This document shows positions 48,480-56,600 of a stretch of 64,000 nt of DNA, in pieces. The translations under genes and the position numbers were made by a program. Source of the DNA: an uncultured Phycisphaeraceae bacterium (GTDB lineage: Bacteria; Planctomycetota; Phycisphaerae; UBA1845). Each line of letters starts with the position of its first letter. The stretch's first letter is position 1. Under the pieces are notes generated by a model. It saw only the letters and a program-made list of their open reading frames with translations. It had not been told where the DNA came from and did no database searches. Location: positions 8,090 through 72,089 of the forward strand of contig CAYRSS010000009.1 in assembly GCA_964426945.1 (NCBI GenBank), in the 5' to 3' direction.

Positions 48480-50585
48480 ATGACCATGCGACCCTTCAAT
48501 CCCACACGCTCACTTACGCTGATGCTCGCCGTCCTGCCCGCCTGGTGCTTCGCCCAGGCGCCGACCAGCCCGGCCGCACCCGCGCCGGTTCGAACGCCGG
48601 CCCAGCTCGTCCTCGAACGGGCGCCGGCCGACGCGTCGATCCTTCTGTACACCGACAGTCTCGCCGCCGTCGTCGACAACGACATTGCCCGCGAGCTAGC
48701 CACGTTCGAGGGCCCGCACGGCGAGTTCGTCCGCGCCGTCCGCGAATTCAAGGCCGGGCCCACCCTTTTCGCCCTGTCAGGTGTCCCCGCCAATCCCTTC
48801 ACCTGGCGATTGACCTTCGCCACGTTCATCCCCGACACCGAGGATCCGATCGGGCAGATCGGCGAGCGGCTGGTTCCCGCCGTCAATCGCCTGCTGGGCG
48901 GAGATGGCGTGACCACCGGACTGTCGCTGACGCGCGACGGCCACTTCGCCCGGCTCACGCTCGCGATGCCGCCGATCACGCTGACGCTTGCCGAGAGCGA
49001 GGGCTTCGTGTTCGGGTCGAGCGATTTCGCCGCCGTATCCGGCTGGCTCGCCGGAGATCCGCCGGCGCCCTCGTTCCTTGATGTGGACGACTACCGCAAG
49101 CTCCGGCCCGAGCAGTCCGTCGACGTCAGCGGTCTTGTCTACGTCAACATGCGGATGCACACACCGCTGATCGCGATGACCCTGAACGAAGGGCTTCCGC
49201 GGCTCGGCGAGGCGCTGCAGGTTGAAAAGATCGAGTCCGTCATGCTCTGCGTCGGACGCGAGACGCCCCCGCCGCCCCCCGCGCCCGAGCCGGCCGGTCG
49301 GCCCGAGGGCGCCAAGGCCGGCAAGGAGAAGCAGCCCGAGCCGCCGCGTGAGATCTTCCGCGTGGCGCTGGGTGTCAGCGGAACCGCTCAGCCCGGGCCG
49401 ATCCGCCTGCTCGCACCGTCGCCCCGGCCGCTGACGCTGGCGAAGTTCTTCCCGGCGGAGACCGACTTCCTCGTGTCCGGGTCGCTGCCGCGCGGGTCCG
49501 ACCTGCTCGAAGACATCATGTCGGCGATGCGCACGATCGATCCCGTCATCACCGACGAATACGAGGCCGAGCGGGCCGATTTCCGCCGCGAAGCCGGCTA
49601 TGACTTCCAGGACGACATCCTCGCCAACTTCGGGCCTGAATGGGCGATCGGCGGCCAGTTTGCCGAGGGTGGCATCTCGGAATCGCTCTTCGCGGTCAGG
49701 TTGAACGACGCAGAACTGTTCAAGACCCACCTCCACCGGCTGCGCGGCGTCTACGGCCTCGAGAGCACGCCGAATACGTACCGCGGCGTCACGGTCTACA
49801 CCATGGTGCGCAAGCCCCGGCCGTTCTCCTACGCCCTGCTCGACGGCGTGCTCCTGGTCACGCCCGAGCCGCAGACGCTGACCGACGCCATCGACGCCGT
49901 CACCGACAACCGCTCGCTCGCCGCCGCGCGGGACTACCAGTCGATCCACGCCGCGGCCCCCGCCCGCCAGTCGAGGCTGCTTTACGTGAATCTGGCCGCG
50001 ATGCTGCGGCTGGAAACCCGCCCCCCCGACACCGAGTCGGAGCGCGCGATGCGCGACCTGCTGCGCAGCGCCCCGGCGATGGGAGTATCGATGGTCGGCG
50101 GGGAAGGCGTGGTGTCGCTCGAGGTGGTCGCGGCCGGCGATGGCTCGCAGTCAACGACCCGGCCGCTGGTCAAGGCGCTGGCGACCATCATCGGCGAGGA
50201 GCGCCGCGAGGCGATGCGTATGAAGAGCATGGCCAACCTGCGAACCATTGCCATGGCCCTCCACATGGCCGCCAATGAGAACAAGGGCCTGTTCCCTGCC
50301 AACCTCGATCCGGCGGTCCTGACGCCGATGGTGGCCGACGCCCAGGCCGCCCGGGAACTCCTGCGCAGCCCCTACGGCGAGCCCGGAACGGGCGAAGGCG
50401 CGTTTTATCTCTATCGCTCGCTCGGGAAGCTGAACTCCGTAAAGACGCCCGCCCAGGAACCGATCCTCTCCGAACCGGAGCTGCGCGACGGACTGCTCGT
50501 GGTGGCCTTCGTCGACGGCCACGTCGAAACAGTCAGCGGCGAACGTGCCGCAACGATCCTGCGGACCATGCGAAGCGGGGGGTAA
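48480..50585 (+). CDS. Hypothetical secreted protein with pseudopilin-like (DUF1559-like) C-terminal module
   Basis: Signal peptide LTLMLAVLPAWCFAQA and a Pro-rich linker PPPPPAPEPAGRP. C-terminal SMANLRTIAMALHMAANENKG ... VVAFVDGHVETV. Confidence 0.65.
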   Translation: MTMRPFNPTRSLTLMLAVLPAWCFAQAPTSPAAPAPVRTPAQLVLERAPADASILLYTDSLAAVVDNDIARELATFEGPHGEFVRAVREFKAGPTLFALSGVPANPFTWRLTFATFIPDTEDPIGQIGERLVPAVNRLLGGDGVTTGLSLTRDGHFARLTLAMPPITLTLAESEGFVFGSSDFAAVSGWLAGDPPAPSFLDVDDYRKLRPEQSVDVSGLVYVNMRMHTPLIAMTLNEGLPRLGEALQVEKIESVMLCVGRETPPPPPAPEPAGRPEGAKAGKEKQPEPPREIFRVALGVSGTAQPGPIRLLAPSPRPLTLAKFFPAETDFLVSGSLPRGSDLLEDIMSAMRTIDPVITDEYEAERADFRREAGYDFQDDILANFGPEWAIGGQFAEGGISESLFAVRLNDAELFKTHLHRLRGVYGLESTPNTYRGVTVYTMVRKPRPFSYALLDGVLLVTPEPQTLTDAIDAVTDNRSLAAARDYQSIHAAAPARQSRLLYVNLAAMLRLETRPPDTESERAMRDLLRSAPAMGVSMVGGEGVVSLEVVAAGDGSQSTTRPLVKALATIIGEERREAMRMKSMANLRTIAMALHMAANENKGLFPANLDPAVLTPMVADAQAARELLRSPYGEPGTGEGAFYLYRSLGKLNSVKTPAQEPILSEPELRDGLLVVAFVDGHVETVSGERAATILRTMRSGG

Positions 50586-50729
50586 CCCTCGGCGACCCGA
50601 GTGGTTCAAGTTCACATGATGGGCGGACCGGCCGGCAGGCTGGTCCGCCCGCGCTTGATCCGGGCCCGGCGCGGGCTGGGTCTCCCCGTGTGCCCGCCTT
50701 GCCGCATTGGGGGAATGGCAGACGCCAAG

Positions 50730-50826
50730 GCGCAAAGTTTGCAAAGAGTGGAACGAATGACCGGCCGGCCCTCTCCGTCGCCCCGCGAGAGCTGCTTGCA
50801 ACCTGCAACCCACAACTTGCAACCTC
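50730..50826. repeat. Cluster of short direct repeats with a (T)TGCAA core
   Basis: GCAAAG at 50732 and 50741. CTTGCAACCT at 50795-50804 and 50816-50825 (21-nt period), with GCAACC at 50805 between them. Confidence 0.6.
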
Positions 50827-50879
50827 CGCAGCCACCGGCACAGAGGTATGCTTGATTCGGATCGGCCGCGCCGGCACGT

Positions 50880-51420
50880 CCGGCTGGCGGATTGCCCGTA
50901 TTGAGGACGGCAGATTGGTGGCCAGCAAGGCGTCACCCGCCGCGGTGAAGACGAGAAACGACTCGTTCATCGCGTGCGAGAGCGGCAGGTAGTCGGCCGG
51001 CGCGGGGGGAACGTCCCACTCCAGGCGCCGAAGCAGCACACCGCCCACCACATCCCACACGAGCAGCCCCGCCGCCGGGGCCATCGCGGCGACCATGCGT
51101 TCGTCGTGTGACATCGCGAGGTGGTACACCCAGCTCGTCCGACCCTTCAGCCCGACGAAGTCGGCGTCGTGCTCCAGCTCATCGAAGCTGGTGATCTACG
51201 GCTCGGCGAGTCTGGTCCGCGCCACGAACGTGCGGCCGTCGGCGCTGAGTGCGTCGCCGGACTTCAGCATCGGGTCCGCGGTGCGCCGAACGAGGCGGGC
51301 CGAGCCGGTTTCCCAGACCGGCAGTTCGTTGACGGCGTCCTCGCCCAGGCCCGTGCGGATTGCCCAGACCAGCGCGCCGTCCTGGCAATAGCCGATCGTA
51401 TCGTCGAACAAGCCCTCTCC
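50880..51420 (-). pseudogene. Remnant of a WD40/beta-propeller-like gene with an in-frame TAG
   Basis: WD-like strings LSADGRTFVA and MSHDERMVAAMAPAAGLLVWDV lie in one frame, interrupted by a stop at 51196-51198 (...RLAEP*ITSFDE...). No credible start or native C-terminus. Confidence 0.4.
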
Positions 51421-51456
51421 CGCGGCGCGAAAATCCGGGCCGGTGGGTTCTGGCCC

Positions 51457-51657
51457 GGCGTGCGAGCGTCTGCCGTCTTGCTCTCGGGCGATTGCGATGG
51501 CGACAACGATGTGGACATCGTCGACTTCAGCGCCTTCGAGGGGTGCCTGCCGGGTCCGAGCGGCTGACTCGCTCCCGGCTGCGGCTGCCTTGACTTCGGC
51601 GGCGACGGCAACCTCGCTGACTTGGTGGCGTTTCAGGCGATCTTCACGGGATCCTGA
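51457..51657 (+). pseudogene. Remnant of a dockerin-like C-terminal tail with an in-frame TGA
   Basis: SGDCDGDNDVDIVDFSAFEGCLPGPSG*LAPGCGCLDFGGDGNLADLVAFQAIFTGS*, with TGA at 51565-51567. The layout mirrors the tail of the 53687..58795 gene. No plausible upstream coding sequence in this frame. Confidence 0.4.
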
Positions 51658-51720
51658 ACGAGACGGCGCAGCCCGGAGATCCACGCGGGCGGGATCGCTA
51701 CGTTCTCGCCAGTCGCCGCG

Positions 51721-52668
51721 TCAAACCTTCCGGAACAACTCCGCGAGGGCGGCGTCCAACGACGGATAGCGAAACTCGAATCCCTCCTGCGGCAGTCGCG
51801 CTGAGACGACGTAGCGACCGTACAGCGCCAGCTCCGGATCGGTGCGCAGCAGGAGCGGCGCGCCGAGCCGCACCATCCAGCCGAACGCGGGCAGGCCGAT
51901 GGGAATGCGCAGGGCCCGTCGCAGCGAGCGCATGAATTCGCGCTGCGAGACCGGGTTCGGCGCGCTGGCGATGTACGTTCCGCTCATGCCGGCGTCTGTC
52001 AGCGCGCGCTCGATCAGCCGGTTCATGTCGACTTCGTGGATCCAGCTCATCCCCTGCCGACCGGAGCCGACCACGCCCCCCAGGCCCAGACGGGCGAGCA
52101 TTCGCAGACGCGCGAGCGCCCCGCCGCCGGCGCCTCGATCGCGCCCGATCACAAACGATGTGCGCAGAATCACCTCCCGCTGCGCGGGCAGAACGCTTTC
52201 ACGAAACGCCTCCTCCCACGCACGGCCCACGAAGGGCGCCAGCCCTGTGCCCGTGGGGGATTCCTCCGTGCAGGTGACACTGGGCGGATCACCGTAGATG
52301 TGCGCCGTGCTCATCTGCACCCAGACTGGTGGCGGCGACGCGACCGCGCGCACGGCGAGCCCGAGCACCCGCGTCGCTTCGACGCGCGAACGCAGGATCT
52401 CGTCCTGGTGGTCGGGCGTCTTGATGCAATCGACGGAGCGGCCGACGAGGTTCACCAGACCGGCGGCACCATTCAGGGCACCCTTCCAGTCGCCGAGTGT
52501 CCGCGCATCCCACGGCACATGGCGCCAGGGGCCAGCCAGGCGTGGCGCCCCACGCGAGAGGATCACCACGCTGCGACCTGCCTGCGCGAGGTAGGTCGCC
52601 AGGGACATCCCGAGGAAGCCGCTGCCGCCGGCGATGACGATCGGACCCGTAGCGGTTGTTTGAGTCAT
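51721..52668 (-). CDS. Epimerase-family protein YfcH/SDR39U1 type (TIGR01777, DUF1731 C-terminus)
   Basis: Start MTQTT at 52668. [11 protein letters not shown] Rossmann motif. C-terminal [23 protein letters not shown]. The tracked 508-aa ORF is an upstream extension. Confidence 0.85.
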   Translation of the reverse strand: MTQTTATGPIVIAGGSGFLGMSLATYLAQAGRSVVILSRGAPRLAGPWRHVPWDARTLGDWKGALNGAAGLVNLVGRSVDCIKTPDHQDEILRSRVEATRVLGLAVRAVASPPPVWVQMSTAHIYGDPPSVTCTEESPTGTGLAPFVGRAWEEAFRESVLPAQREVILRTSFVIGRDRGAGGGALARLRMLARLGLGGVVGSGRQGMSWIHEVDMNRLIERALTDAGMSGTYIASAPNPVSQREFMRSLRRALRIPIGLPAFGWMVRLGAPLLLRTDPELALYGRYVVSARLPQEGFEFRYPSLDAALAELFRKV

Positions 52669-53158
52669 GGGACTGAGCCTAAGACGCACCGACGTGCCGC
52701 GATACGGCGGCGGCGCCGGCGCCCCTGCCGAGCCGGTTCGACGGGCCCGCCGGTAGCGCGTGCTGCTTCTGAGACGCGGCCTACAATCGGCAGGAGGCAC
52801 CTGTCCGCAGCCAGTGCGCAAAATCGCGCACTCCCCCACCTGCCAGCTGGTCGGCCCACCCGCAACCAGCTGACCTACCATCCGCCGGCGGCCCGGGACC
52901 GTCTGAGGCCGGGATATGCGAATCCAAGGTCCGGCTGAGATATAAACCATTGACGTTAAAAGCTTTATGTCCACGACCGACGGCAGCTTCAGGGCCGAGA
53001 TCCATCGGCGGCACGCGCCGCGTGCTACCGGGAGCCGGTCCCGACCCGGTCCATCCGCGACGGCACGCCGCTTGCCCGAACACCCGCCGGAACCGGGTAC
53101 GCGAGCCCCGGCCGAAGGGGGCTCAATCCCGGATCGACCGCGCTCGCTGAGTGAACGA

Positions 53159-53554
53159 ATGGCCGTTTCAAAAACCGCGATAAACTTCTGGGTAGACGTT
53201 TCCCTCCTGCTCCTCTTCGTGGCGCTCCTCGCCGTCACGGGGATCATGACCTTTGTGTTTCCGGCCCCATCGGCGTCCGCGGGATGGAGCGTAGGGGGGC
53301 TGAGCTACGACCGCTGGGCGCTCGTCCAGGGTCTGCTGCTGGCCGCGCTGGCGCTCGACGTGCTGCTTCACCTCATCCTGCATTGGGGCTGGGTATGTGG
53401 CGTGGTGGCTCACCGCATCCTGCCCGCGCGCGGCAAACCGGCGGCCATCCCCGACGGCATTAAGACGCTCTACGGCGTCTGCACGCTCGTCGTCGTACTC
53501 ACGGTTGTCGCCGGTGTGATCGCCTGGGCGGAGTTTGCAGCGCGCCACGCCTGA
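53159..53554 (+). CDS. DUF4405-like small membrane protein
   Basis: [31 protein letters not shown] and three to four TM segments. Immediately upstream of the giant SUMF1-like gene. Confidence 0.55.
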   Translation: MAVSKTAINFWVDVSLLLLFVALLAVTGIMTFVFPAPSASAGWSVGGLSYDRWALVQGLLLAALALDVLLHLILHWGWVCGVVAHRILPARGKPAAIPDGIKTLYGVCTLVVVLTVVAGVIAWAEFAARHA

Positions 53555-53686
53555 GCCGCCCGCGACCGCACTGCCGCGTGCTTTCGCTCAGGTTCACCCC
53601 CCGCCAACGTCCGATAGAAACCAAGGGCAGGAGTCTCCGCGGCGGCTTCGGCTGCGCGCCCAGGGCGGCTCTGCCTGCGGCGGCGG

Positions 53687-56600
53687 GTGGCGATGATCCG
53701 GATCGGCCAAATCCTGTTTCTGGTGGTATGCGGCGGCGCGGCCTTCGCGGAGCAGCCGGCGGTACGCCCCGCGATGTCGCTCGTGCGCGCCGACGAGGTC
53801 CAGCCCGGCGGACCCGCGCACGATTACCGCATCGGCATCTTCGAGATCACCAACGCTCAGTTCGCCGACTTCCTGAACGACGTCTACCAGGACGCCCAGG
53901 CGGCGCCGGCCCACACGGCCGCGGCCGAGTTCCTCTATTTCGATTCGGACACCGGCGCGGTTTACCTTCACGACGACCAGACCCCGTCGATCGGCCCGGG
54001 CGCGGCGGGACACACGGTGCCGCTGTTCTCTCCCGCAGTGGGTGGAGGAATCCAATTCGCGGACGGCGCGTACACCGTGACCGCGGACGCCGGCGGTGTC
54101 GACTACACCGATCACCCGGTAGTTGGCGTGAGCTGGTATGGCGCGGTCAAGTTCTGCAATTGGTTGACGCTTCATCACGGCATGTCGCCGATGCAGCGGG
54201 CGTACACCGAAGGCCCCACGACGGGCGACTGGCGCCCTGTCTCCATCACCGCCGCCGCCTGGGCTCTTCGCGATCTCGATGACGCCGAACGCGAGGCGCT
54301 GGTGACCCAGGTGGCCGGGTACCGGCTGCCGATGGACGACGGGGCGAACAACGTCGGCGCGATCGACGCCGCCGATCTCTACAACGAGTGGTACAAGGCC
54401 GCCGCGTGGAACAGCGCGGCCGGCGTCGCGCGTCTCTACGGGTTCGGCCGCGCCACGCTCGCGCAGGGCGACGCGAATTACCTCGCCAGCGGCGACCCCT
54501 TCGCCGCCAGCGGCACCACGCCCGTCGGCTGGTACGACGGCGTACACACGCTGTCCGGTGGCGGCGTGACGCGCAATACGGCCAACGCCTTCGGCCTCTA
54601 CGACCTGTGCGGCAACGCGGCCGAGTGGGTGCAGGACCACGGATCGCAAGCGACTCGCCGCGGTCTGCGCGGCGGGCACTGGCAGAACAGCGCCGCCTCG
54701 ACGCTGCTCGATAACCTGCACCGGGACGGCGATCTCGCCACCGCGGTGCGATCGTACGTCGGCTTCCGCGTCGCACAGTCCGCGAACGCAATCGAGCCGA
54801 TGGTCGCCGCGGCGGTCTGCGACAGTGAGGTCCCGTGCCCGCTCGCGTTCGTCGGCTACACGGGTGGTCCCTACACGCCCGGCGGACTCGTCTTCGAAGC
54901 CATCGCCGGCACGGACGCCCCCGCGGAGCCGGAGGCCTGCGCCACAGGCAGCTGGCTCACCCTGCCCAGCGGCGAGGACTGTGCCGAATCGTTCCTTTAC
55001 CCCGATGAAGTGTGGGCAGTCGAAGCCAACCTCGACGTCGCCGCGGCCGACGCGCTGACGGGAGTCCGACCCGGTCCGGTGGATCTCCAAATCGTTCCTC
55101 CGGTCGACGCACAATCCGACGGACCGGTGTACGGCTTCAGGATCGCCCGAACCGAAACCACGAACGCTCAATACGTCGAGTTCCTCAACGACGCGATCGT
55201 GAACTTCGGCAATGCGCGGGGTGCGTACCTGCACGTGGACACGACCAGCGGCGTTGTCTATCTCTCGACAACTGCGACCGGCAAGTTCAGCTCGATGGCC
55301 GAGCCAAGACTGATCCGGCTCTTCGATCCCGCCGTCGCGGGCCAGGTTTCGTACGAGGCGGCTGCGGCGCGCTACGCCGCTGTCCCCGGCTACTCGTCTC
55401 ACCCCGTGGCGGGTATCAGCTGGCTAGGTGCGGTGAAGTACTGCAATTGGCTGACGGTCCGCAGCGGCCTAGCGACGACTGACCGCGCGTACATTGAGGG
55501 CCCGAACCTCGGCGACTGGCGACCCGCCGCCATTGCCGTCGAAGACTGGTGGGGTTCTGCCGCCACGGCTGACGACGATTTGCCCACCGCGGAAGCCCGC
55601 GACCTCAACGACGGGGAGCGTGACTCGCTCACCCGCACGACCAAGGGGTTCCGCCTGCCGATGGATGGCGGGGCCGCCGGTGCATCGCCCTACAACGAGT
55701 GGTTCAAGGCCGCCGCCTTCGCTGGCGACGTCAACACCGCGTACGGCTTCGGCGATGACATGCTCGCGCCGGGCGCCGCCAACCTCGGCGGTAACGGCGA
55801 TCCCTTCTCTCCCGGCGCTACGCCGGCGGCGTTCTTCGATGGTTCGCTCTACAACCCCGGCGGCAACGGCCCCGTCGGTGACGGAAGCGAGTTCCAGACC
55901 ACGCCTGACGCCAATCGCTACGGGCTGTATGACGTGACTGGCAACGTCGCAGAGTGGATGCAGGACGCCGGTGATCACCCGGGCGAACACGCGATCCGCG
56001 GCGGCTCGTTTCTAGACGATGAAGACTCGCCGCTCCTGCGCACCGACGGCCGTGCCACGCTACCGACCGACGAATTGCGAGCCGATGTCGGGTTTCGCGT
56101 CGCGCAGGCGGCCATCGACCAGATCGGTTCCATCCGCTTCGAAGACCATGCCACGGGCGATGTTGTCGAGCATGAGATACGCCTGCTGGTGAAGGAACCG
56201 ATTGTGCTCACGCCGCGCACGCCGCTCGAGTTGACCGGCTACTACGGCGGTCCCTTCGCGGGGGACGGCGCGGCCTACGCGTTGCAGAGCGCGTCGGCGA
56301 GCTCGATGAGTTGGCAGGCGACGCGCAGCGCCGCCTGGCTCGACCTGAACGGATCCGCCACCGTCTCTGGCGTGCTCGCTCCGGCCGGATCGACCGGCAT
56401 CACCGTGACCGCCAACGCGCTCGCCCGGACCCGGCCGCCCGGCCTGCACACAATGACGCTGACCTTCCGAAACCAGACAACCGGCTACGCCGAACCTGTT
56501 GCCGCACGCCTCACAGTCGCCGAGCCGCTGGCCCACGACTGCACGTGGCTGGCGGCGGCTTGCCCACCGGATGTGCTCGAGTTAACGCCGTCGCCGGTGT

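Noticed and set aside
51565-51567. In-frame TGA in the dockerin-like fragment as selenocysteine or read-through
   Set aside because: There is no plausible upstream coding region or start in that frame, no SECIS-like hairpin immediately downstream, and the position is not a redox-type motif. Decay is the simpler explanation.
53594-55402. 602-aa minus-strand ORF (and the similar 57455..58807, 450 aa)
   Set aside because: Both are antisense to the giant SUMF1-like gene, whose plus-strand frame carries repeated family signatures. The antisense translations have none.
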